The notes under the pieces were generated by a model. That model saw only the letters and a program-made list of their open reading frames with translations. It was not told the origin of the DNA and did not search any database. Below, piece by piece: positions 24,945 through 32,344 of a stretch of DNA of 39,167 bases (positions are counted from its first letter, which is position 1; each line of letters starts with the position of its first letter). The stretch spans positions 1 through 39,167 of the forward strand of contig JAXIOB010000004.1 in the NCBI GenBank assembly GCA_034190585.1, read 5' to 3'. The position numbers were made by a program, and so were the translations under genes. Source of the DNA: Candidatus Asbonarchaeaceae archaeon. Its GTDB lineage: Archaea > Nanohalarchaeota > Nanosalinia > Nanosalinales > Nanohalalkaliarchaeaceae.

Positions 24945-25028
24945 GCTTGCAGTCATAGAGTGAGATTGACTGCGGCCAGTTAGAAAAAATCAGTATGTTT
25001 TAGAGGATAGAATTCACCAGGTAGTTCT

Positions 25029-25700
25029 ATGGTAGTTGAGAGATTTGAAAGGGTTTCAATACCACTTTTGGCGGTTTTGGTTATTACTTTCGGCGCTATT
25101 GCAGCGATAAATTCTTCCCCCCAAGTTTCTGATGGCGATAATTTGTCATCACAAGAAATTGTATCTAAAGATCCTAATTTGTCAGCATTCCAGGATCTCG
25201 GATCTCCTGAGGATGGTGAACGGGTGCGTTGGTTGGCGACCGATGAAGTTGGTCCCTGGCACATTGATGGGAGCGCGGGAATCACAAGTTTAGATGCTGG
25301 CAACCGAGTAGTGCTTCATCCGACGGGAGGTAATTGGAGGAATTCAGTTGACTCTGCAATCAGACAAACTGTGGAGCTTCCATCAGGTGAACCGCTGACC
25401 GCTGTTTTAAAGGCTAGGAATCCTGCTTCTGAATGGCGGTCCACGAAAAGTCGCTGTATTAACAGTCTTGTTACACTTGCAGTGGCAAAGAATGATGTGG
25501 GAAGCACCCCTGTTTACAATCGAACTATTGTAGGAGATAAACCAAGAAAGATTACGATGGACGTATCCCGGTTCGCAGGTGAAACTGTGCAGTTGGCCGC
25601 TCTGGCTGACGCTGCAGGTAAAGGATGTGGAAGATGGAACGCTGAATTCACGCTAATATCTTCGCTGTACATACAAACGGAGGAGGACACCGATTTATGA
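25029..25700 (+). CDS. Membrane-anchored secreted protein of unknown function; paralogous module to ORF 22623-23267
   Basis: The N-terminal TM is IPLLAVLVITFGAIAAI. The protein also contains IRQTVELPSGEPLTAV...RC...VSRFAGETVQLAALADAAGKGCGRWNAEF, and its stop overlaps the next start (ATGA at 25697-25700). Confidence 0.5.
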   Translation: MVVERFERVSIPLLAVLVITFGAIAAINSSPQVSDGDNLSSQEIVSKDPNLSAFQDLGSPEDGERVRWLATDEVGPWHIDGSAGITSLDAGNRVVLHPTGGNWRNSVDSAIRQTVELPSGEPLTAVLKARNPASEWRSTKSRCINSLVTLAVAKNDVGSTPVYNRTIVGDKPRKITMDVSRFAGETVQLAALADAAGKGCGRWNAEFTLISSLYIQTEEDTDL

Positions 25701-27595
25701 ATAGGTCAATCGTTCGTGCCTTGCGATTCCGAGGTGTTCAGTTTTTCAAACTGGTCAAGAATCGTTACGACCAATTTAAAGCAGCAGTTTTCAATCATTC
25801 GACCCGTGTTTTTATCTCCGGTATAGTTATCATCGCGCTCGTACTGCGGGCATGGAATCTTGGTCGTCGACCGATGTGGACGGATGAGGCCGTTTACGCC
25901 GTTATGGGCCAGAAGATAGCTAAAGGCGCATTGCTCCCTGTATGGCCGCTTTCTGAGCGTGTATTTGCTGGACAACCGCCGCTAGTTATCCATCTGATGT
26001 CTATTCCGTATCATATAGTCCAGTCTGTTCCGTCGGCAGTACATTTTAGGATGGTAGCAGTATTGGCCGGTGTCGCGACAGTATATGTATGCTATCGAAT
26101 TGGCGCCTCTATATATAATGAGAAGGTGGGCCTGATAGCCGCTTTCCTAATCGCAGTATCGCCTAATCATCTTCTCTACTCACGACAAGCTCTTCCCCAC
26201 TCTATCGGCATCCTTGCCTTCGTCTCAGTCGCATATGTCCTCATCAAATACTGTCGTCACGGAGAAAAAAAGTATATCTGGGCGACGGGAGCAGGGTCGG
26301 TGCTCGCAATAAGTCTCCACTATCTCAATGTTTTACTCATACCGTTGGTAGCTCTAACACTTATTTGGCGGTACATCTCGGAGATCAAAAAATTTAGATA
26401 TCGACGGCGATGGGCCGCTTGGGGTGCGATAAATATCGGATCTGCTGCCGCATATATCATCTATTTCATGAACTTTACTGGGGGCGCACGGACGGGAAGA
26501 AATCCTTTCCGAGGAGAAGTATCCATCCAGAACCCGGTCACTGTGGTATCCGCGCTCTCGGAATTTCTGTCGAGGCAAATCGAATGGATAGTCTCTCTTG
26601 GTATTGCCTCGTATGCAGCGAAAGGAATCGATTTCCTGAGATATTACGGGAATTTATCTAACCTGTTCCTCCCTGTTTTCCTGGCAGGTGTTGGCGTATA
26701 TTTCAGTGCGACGGAGAAAAGGGGTATTCTGTGGTATCCAATCGCCCTGTTTGCTTCAGTATTTGGCGTATTGATTTTCATCGTCTATCCGTTCTACCAG
26801 AAAATAGGGATTTCGCCGGTCCGTTCACACTCATTTCTCATACCGCCAATGTTCATTTTAGCCGCTTATGGTATAGAGAAACTGAACGGATGGAAAAATT
26901 TAGGCTACATCTTATTGGCCTTATTTACAGTCGTGTCGATGCTTCATTTCCCACTTATCGCGACTGGAAATGTAGTGGCGGTGACAACGGAAGGATACCA
27001 TGAGTTCACGGTTGAGATCGGTAAATCTATTTTCAATACGGTCAATACTAAACTGCTGATTATTACAGGGATGAGAGGGCTCGAGTCAAGGATTAGAGCG
27101 CAGGAGTATTTCAAGCAGACATCGTCGATTGTTTGTAGTGGAGAGCATTACAGGCCGTTGTTCTGCTTTTCTCGCCATCCCGTCGGATATAATGATGCGA
27201 AAAATTGGCAACAGCCAGTCAATCATATCTTAACGCAAGGAAAGGTTCCAAATAAGCTAGTTGCTTCCATGTTTGTATCGCATGTCGCGCCTGTCCTGTA
27301 TTATTTGCAACGCGCCGATCCAATTACACGTCTTAGGTATGGATATGATTTCAGCCATCAATATCGTGGAAACGGAAATAACTCGATTCAATCGTTGTCT
27401 TGTAATATAGACAAGCGACAGTGCAATGTTACAGCATGGTTGAGGGGTGAGAAGTCTGTATGGTTCGTTCTGGATAACGTGCGGTCTAAATATCAGTTGA
27501 ACCAGTGGGAAACGGAATATATGAAGAGGCGATGTAAAACCAAAAGATTTTCGTATACTGAGGTGATAAAGTGCACTGGTAATAGGACAGAATGA
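25697..27595 (+). CDS. GT-C fold membrane glycosyltransferase (ArnT / PMT_2 / GT39-like), paralogue 2
   Basis: It has LRAWNLGRRPMWTDEAVYAV (the DE loop motif) and RIGASIYNEKVGLIAAFLIAVSPNHLLYSRQ. The C-terminal domain shares CSGEHYRPLFCFSRHPVGYNDAKNW with paralogue 1. Confidence 0.8.
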   Translation: MNRSIVRALRFRGVQFFKLVKNRYDQFKAAVFNHSTRVFISGIVIIALVLRAWNLGRRPMWTDEAVYAVMGQKIAKGALLPVWPLSERVFAGQPPLVIHLMSIPYHIVQSVPSAVHFRMVAVLAGVATVYVCYRIGASIYNEKVGLIAAFLIAVSPNHLLYSRQALPHSIGILAFVSVAYVLIKYCRHGEKKYIWATGAGSVLAISLHYLNVLLIPLVALTLIWRYISEIKKFRYRRRWAAWGAINIGSAAAYIIYFMNFTGGARTGRNPFRGEVSIQNPVTVVSALSEFLSRQIEWIVSLGIASYAAKGIDFLRYYGNLSNLFLPVFLAGVGVYFSATEKRGILWYPIALFASVFGVLIFIVYPFYQKIGISPVRSHSFLIPPMFILAAYGIEKLNGWKNLGYILLALFTVVSMLHFPLIATGNVVAVTTEGYHEFTVEIGKSIFNTVNTKLLIITGMRGLESRIRAQEYFKQTSSIVCSGEHYRPLFCFSRHPVGYNDAKNWQQPVNHILTQGKVPNKLVASMFVSHVAPVLYYLQRADPITRLRYGYDFSHQYRGNGNNSIQSLSCNIDKRQCNVTAWLRGEKSVWFVLDNVRSKYQLNQWETEYMKRRCKTKRFSYTEVIKCTGNRTE

Positions 27596-27664
27596 TTTAA
27601 CCACAAAAAATTAGGCGCCCGTTTAAATTAGGAAATTTCTGATTGTAATGTACCGACTGATTTT

Positions 27665-27674
27665 TTATTTTATA
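27665..27674 (+). promoter_or_regulatory. TATA-like box about 20-29 nt upstream of ATG 27694
   Basis: ttatttta-ta lies within gattttttattttatagc. On the same strand it could also act as an oligo-T terminator for the upstream GT-C gene. Confidence 0.3.
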
Positions 27675-27693
27675 GCTGGATTATTGCTGTAAT

Positions 27694-28582
27694 ATGAACT
27701 GTGAGATATGCGATAGTCCAATGCGAGTAGCCTATTCTGGGAGAGATTGCGTATTTACCAGTACACCGGACCGGAGATTTTCGATTTTTCAGTGCTCAGC
27801 ATGTGGGTTCGGTAAGCGACTTCCTCAACCTGATAATCTCCAGAAGTATTATCCCGAAGAATATTATGATTATTTTTCAGTAATAAGGGAGCGTGAATAC
27901 AGCCTGCGATTTCGATGCTGGTACGAACGCAAATTCTCCCCGAATCTACTGCTTCCTCAGACTAAAGGTAGACTATTAGAAATAGGATTCGGGGGAGGGT
28001 ACAGGCTGGCGGAGTTAGATAGCGATGGGTGGGATGTGGTGGGAATTGATTCGAACGAGGATGCTATTGAGAAAGCTGCTGAAAAGTCTAACGCCGAGCT
28101 GCTACAAGGAACTCTGACTGATACGGAACCGGAATTTTCAGCTGGCGAATTTGACCTGGTATTGATGGAGATGACTCTCGAACATATCAAGAACCCGTTT
28201 CAGGCCCTCAAAGAAATTAAACGGATATTAGATTCGGAAGGATTTGTGGTCATAAAATGTTCAAATATTGACGCCTTATTTCGAAAAATTTTTTCCAAAG
28301 TACTGGCAGGGGTACGATATTCCCAGACACTTTTACTATTACACGCCAAGAGCACTAGAGAGTTTGATGGAAAAAATGGGATTCTAATTGGAAGATGAGA
28401 GCCATGACTACCGCTCGACGCAATTAACTGCAAACTCCAACAAATTCCTTAGTGACGCTTATGATATTAAAATTCGGCCTACTATCTTAGGTGGAATACT
28501 TTTCACATTAGGAATTATGTCCGGTGCGTTAGGTAAACCTAGTTATTTTGTACACCGATGTAGATTAGGTGACAACGATTGA
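27694..28582 (+). pseudogene. Class I SAM-dependent methyltransferase with an N-terminal Cys4 zinc ribbon, disrupted by one frameshift and one in-frame TAA
   Basis: The zinc ribbon is CEICDSPM...CSACGF. SAM motif I is LLEIGFGGGYRLAEL. After FRKIF (an A5T6 run at 28284-28294) the family-typical sequence continues in frame 2 (PKYWQGYDIPRHFYYYTPRALESLMEKMGF). It then hits TAA at 28385-28387 and continues in the same frame as the track ORF 28388-28582. Confidence 0.65.
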
Positions 28583-28653
28583 GTCCATAATATAAAAATC
28601 TAAGACATATGAATTTACCAGAATATTGGAGAAAAAATTTCCCCTCTCATTTT

Positions 28654-29367
28654 TTACTGATCAAGTCGGCCTAGCATTTCCCTAACGATTTCCGGGTCAA
28701 GCGAAGCTTCTCTATCTGTGCCTGTGCACACAGCGCCGCGGACACCAAAGATATCAAATCCGATGTCACGTATTTTACCAACTTGTTCGATGTCCAGTGA
28801 CCCAGCAGCCGCAGTCGTAAGATTCTGCTGTTTCGCTTCCTCCACGATTTCCTGGAGTGTTTGAGGCTCTGTATGATCGAACAGCGTTTTGCCATCTTTC
28901 TCCGCAGTATCAATCATCACTGCGTCAGCCCCCGATTTGGTAGCTATCGTGGGGAGGTCGACCGGGTTGACGGAGTTAAACCGTTTGTGATCGGCGTACC
29001 CGCCGGCAACGAGCTTGGTTGAAGATCCATTCAGACCCTCGCTGGCAGCTCTGAGAAGCTCTATTGCATCCTCAATCGTTTCTGGTCCTTTCAAACCGAC
29101 CTTAATGTAATCGGGGTTGTACTGCAGTGCACCATGCACCGCTAGGCTAACAGTTCCCGGGAGATGCGGGACGTCCCCAACAGCGATGCTGGTACTAGCT
29201 GTAGAAGGCGCTGCGTCCATGATTCGCTCAATCCTATGCGCTGGTTGCGCTCCCAGCGAACCTTCACCAGGATTTTTGATGTCGATGATATCAGGCGGTG
29301 TATCCGCAATATTGGCTGCCTCTTCTGGAGTCTTGACGGTAACAAGTGATTTCAAAATCCTATTCAC
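28654..29367 (-). CDS. mfnB: (5-formylfuran-3-yl)methyl phosphate (4-HFC-P) synthase, MfnB family (UPF0264/DUF556)
   Basis: Blocks characteristic of MfnB as I recall the M. jannaschii enzyme: PDIIDIKNPGEGSLGA, VGDVPHLPGTVSLAV, DYIKVGL, AGGYADHKR, VMIDTAEKDGKTLFDH, AAAGSL and DIFGVRGAVCTG. The length is 237 aa. The Schiff-base Lys contexts (DIKNP, IKVGL) are retained. Confidence 0.88.
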   Translation of the reverse strand: MNRILKSLVTVKTPEEAANIADTPPDIIDIKNPGEGSLGAQPAHRIERIMDAAPSTASTSIAVGDVPHLPGTVSLAVHGALQYNPDYIKVGLKGPETIEDAIELLRAASEGLNGSSTKLVAGGYADHKRFNSVNPVDLPTIATKSGADAVMIDTAEKDGKTLFDHTEPQTLQEIVEEAKQQNLTTAAAGSLDIEQVGKIRDIGFDIFGVRGAVCTGTDREASLDPEIVREMLGRLDQ

Positions 29368-29368
29368 C

Positions 29369-29971
29369 TCATTGGATTGTGGTTGGAGGCCTCAGCTGAA
29401 ATATGTTGTGGCATCGACCCCCTGCTGATTCTACATACCTCGACGCTGATCGCATCAGTCTCTCGTCTGGATTGGCGGTTGGTCGGCCAGTGTAGTCGCC
29501 GGACCCAGATTTGACTTTTTGCAGTGCGTCATCTATCACTAAGTCATCTCGAAGAGCGAACACAGCTGTCGCGACGGCTACGGATCTGCTCTCACCTGCG
29601 GCGCAGTGAAGGAGAATTTTTCTCTCATTGCCGATTTCTCTTACCACTGCCGACGCAGCACTATCAAACATTGTCTGTGCATTGCATCCGTCTCGTAACG
29701 GACGGTGGATATCCGTGGTAGCTGTGGAACTTGCAGTCAGCGTCACGACCGTCTCAATTCCCAGTTCGTCGTGCCGGCTCTCCTGGCGAGCATCTACCAG
29801 ATCGCCGATGTATAAGTGATCTGAGAGCCGGTCCATAGATCGGCACCGGTCCCGACGAATACGGGCACGTTGAAGCGGTAAGGCGATAGACTCTATGAGC
29901 CAGTTCGACGGCCTCAAATCCATACGAACATATCTCGCCATATATTTATGTATCCTCGGTTGCGCGAACAT
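29369..29971 (-). CDS. Cys-based (HCX5R) dual-specificity / PTP-superfamily phosphatase
   Basis: The active-site loop is LLHCAAGESRSVAVATAVFAL. The protein also contains DHLYIGDL, and its stop lies 1 nt upstream of the mfnB start, so the two genes look co-transcribed. The likely true start is ATG 29836 (MDRLSDHLYIGDL); the 5' extension to 29971 is Arg-rich and dubious. Confidence 0.75.
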   Translation of the reverse strand: MFAQPRIHKYMARYVRMDLRPSNWLIESIALPLQRARIRRDRCRSMDRLSDHLYIGDLVDARQESRHDELGIETVVTLTASSTATTDIHRPLRDGCNAQTMFDSAASAVVREIGNERKILLHCAAGESRSVAVATAVFALRDDLVIDDALQKVKSGSGDYTGRPTANPDERLMRSASRYVESAGGRCHNIFQLRPPTTIQ

Positions 29972-30012
29972 CGTAGTGTCTCTTAATCGGTTTCGGAGGG
30001 AAGGGTGAGAAA

Positions 30013-31776
30013 ATGGCAGGGATCAGCGGTGTCTGGAGTCCGAACGGAGAATCGGGGAAAGAAGCTATACTACCGATGCTGCGTCCGATGACGAGATCCG
30101 GTAGGAGCTGTGAAGTATTCTCAGCTGAGGATATGCACCTTGGTGTCCGCTCCTCTGAGTCCTGCGGATTCGATGATGGAAACCGTATTGTGGCGGTAGA
30201 CGGAGAAGTATATAACAAAAAAGCACTTTGCGAAACTTCCTTCAGCGACGATGATTCTACTGAGCGAATCGTAGCTCAGGCATACGAGGAACAGGGGGAG
30301 GATCTTTTCAACGAACTAGCGGGAGATTATGCGCTCGCCCTGTTGGACTGTGACCGGTCGAAACTGATTTTAGACACGGGATTAGCGAATAACAAAAATT
30401 TTTTCTACAGTCTCATGGGTTCCGACCTGATTTTCGCTTCCGAGCTCAAGGGGCTGATGCAGGCAGGCGCAATCGACCCATCGATTGACAGGTCGTCCAT
30501 CGGAAATCTTTTGACGTATGGCCACGTTCCAGCCCCCTTTACGCTGTTCGAAGGCCTTCGGAGACTGCCTCCGGGCGCCACTGCGATTACGACTGAGGCA
30601 GGGATGACGCTTGTGCCGGCTGGAGAGCCAAGGCAATACCCGCCTATCGAGGATTTGCCAGCGGCCGTTACATCCGTCGAACAGTCGCTCAAGGGGGCGA
30701 TCAACCGTCGTCTGAGTCAGAGCGATGATATAGGGATGATGCTGTCTGGCGGGATAGACTCTGCACTTCTCACATCATATCTCGATGAGATGGTGTCTGG
30801 TCCAGTGTCGACATTCACCGTGGGATTCGGTGAGGATCAACAGTACGCTCACAGCGTATCTGAACACGTAGGGACCGATCATTCGGAGAAAATCCTGTCG
30901 GCTGATGAGATGATCGGCCAAATACCCAAGGTGCTGTGGTGGCGCGAGTATCCTTCGAAAGATCCGGGGGTTTCACCTCTGTATCACATCGACAGCTTGA
31001 CCGACCGCACGGAGTTGATATGGGGGCAAGGCGCTGAGGAAGTTGTTATGGGGCGGCAAGATTATGTGGCGTTACACGCACTAAGTTCCGTGCCGCGGCG
31101 GCAGGCGATATCGCGCGTGTTCCACGACGCCACCCCTCCAGTGAGAAATCGGTCAAAACTGCACAGGATGTACAACCTTCTCCGTTCCCGCGGCCCGGCC
31201 GAATCGTTTACGACATTCCGCGACTCAGGCCCAAAAGATAGACAGAACTGGGCCGCGAGTGACGTGCATGTAGGGAATACATCACGGGTGCGAGCCCCCA
31301 AGAATATTCACCATCCGTGCAGCCAGTATGGGTGGACATCTCTGATAAACGGGTTCCTGAGCGATGTATTTCCTGCTCCAGAACGCCGGTTGATGAGCCC
31401 GTTTCTTGATTCTCAAGTTCTTGATACAGGTTATCGTATCTCATCACGGTTGCATCTTCGGGATGGACGGCCGCGCTACCTTCTTCGAAAACTTGGGGCA
31501 AAGCGTCTTCCTCAACAAGTCACTGGTCGCGGCCGGGATTCATGGGCGTCTCAGACCCGTAATGTTGTTTTGAATAATTCGTCAATCCTTCTTGCAATCG
31601 CGGATCGTCTCCAGGATCGCAATATTATCACTGAATCAGCGCGGACAATCGTGCAGAGGCAGCCACACCGCTGGGGAAAGAATCTTTGGACATTAGTTAA
31701 TCTTGAACTATTTCTAGAGATTTTCATCGATGAAGACTTCGAGGAGGAGCCGCCCGGGATCGATTATTTTATTTAA
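30013..31776 (+). CDS. Asparagine synthase (AsnB)-family amidotransferase/adenylating enzyme lacking the N-terminal Cys nucleophile
   Basis: The N-terminus is MAGISGVW where canonical enzymes have MCGI. It has VDGEVYN where canonical enzymes have NGEIYN. The PP-loop MLSGGIDSALLTSYL is intact. The length is 587 aa. Confidence 0.85.
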   Translation: MAGISGVWSPNGESGKEAILPMLRPMTRSGRSCEVFSAEDMHLGVRSSESCGFDDGNRIVAVDGEVYNKKALCETSFSDDDSTERIVAQAYEEQGEDLFNELAGDYALALLDCDRSKLILDTGLANNKNFFYSLMGSDLIFASELKGLMQAGAIDPSIDRSSIGNLLTYGHVPAPFTLFEGLRRLPPGATAITTEAGMTLVPAGEPRQYPPIEDLPAAVTSVEQSLKGAINRRLSQSDDIGMMLSGGIDSALLTSYLDEMVSGPVSTFTVGFGEDQQYAHSVSEHVGTDHSEKILSADEMIGQIPKVLWWREYPSKDPGVSPLYHIDSLTDRTELIWGQGAEEVVMGRQDYVALHALSSVPRRQAISRVFHDATPPVRNRSKLHRMYNLLRSRGPAESFTTFRDSGPKDRQNWAASDVHVGNTSRVRAPKNIHHPCSQYGWTSLINGFLSDVFPAPERRLMSPFLDSQVLDTGYRISSRLHLRDGRPRYLLRKLGAKRLPQQVTGRGRDSWASQTRNVVLNNSSILLAIADRLQDRNIITESARTIVQRQPHRWGKNLWTLVNLELFLEIFIDEDFEEEPPGIDYFI

Positions 31777-31803
31777 AAATCCAGTTAATGCAGGTCTCGA
31801 TAG

Positions 31804-32319
31804 ATGGATATTTCAACATTTGATCGCCTCCTCCGGGATGCCCTTCTCCACCTCCGTGAGACGTCGATAGACAATAAAGGACCGGTCGCTGCAGGACTTG
31901 AATCCCAGGGGAAGACGGTATACGCCGTGTCCGAGAAGAGAGGGGAGAACTGGCTGCATGCTGAACACAAGGTTCTGCAGAAGTTTACGTCCAGGCATGG
32001 AGCCATCGGTGATGACGCCGTCATGGCTGTGTCGTTATCGCCCTGTAAATCTGAAACATTATCACGGCATGGTCCGCCTTGCACTGAGTTACTTCGTGGC
32101 GAAGGTCTTGGAATTGATGTTAGCGTTGACAGGATTCATGTTGGGCTCGTTGACGAGAAGGAGGCAACACTTGATCAATACCGTAGAATGGGGTTCGATA
32201 TCACCTGTACAGAGTCGGAACAGCTTCGAACGTGCTGCCAAAGACTTGAAACGTTCTTCGAACTTCCGCACGAGCAGCGGGATTCCGCATTCATCAACCA
32301 GGCGCTCAGGCAACTGTGA
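31804..32319 (+). CDS. Cytidine/deoxycytidylate (RibD-like) zinc deaminase-fold protein
   Basis: The zinc ligand pattern is HAEHKVL ... SLSPCKSETLSRHGPPCTELL (H-A-E ... PC-x10-C). The length is 171 aa. Confidence 0.65.
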   Translation: MDISTFDRLLRDALLHLRETSIDNKGPVAAGLESQGKTVYAVSEKRGENWLHAEHKVLQKFTSRHGAIGDDAVMAVSLSPCKSETLSRHGPPCTELLRGEGLGIDVSVDRIHVGLVDEKEATLDQYRRMGFDITCTESEQLRTCCQRLETFFELPHEQRDSAFINQALRQL

Positions 32320-32344
32320 TTGATGATGACTCCGGGACGGAAGA

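Noticed and set aside
18676-29971. A complete canonical methanofuran biosynthesis cluster
   Set aside because: Only MfnB is clearly recognisable. No tyrosine decarboxylase (MfnA), ATP-grasp ligase (MfnD), class I/II MfnC or MfnF-like ORF is present in the window. The MfnC/MfnE-like roles proposed for 18676-20508 are hypotheses only.
29837-29971. The N-terminal 45 codons of the phosphatase ORF (MFAQPRIHKYMARYVRMDLRPSNW...)
   Set aside because: This is probably not coding. It is Arg-rich, precedes the typical DSP start (MDRLSDHLYIGDL at ATG 29836) and would leave only 41 nt for the divergent promoter. I kept it only as the maximal ORF boundary.
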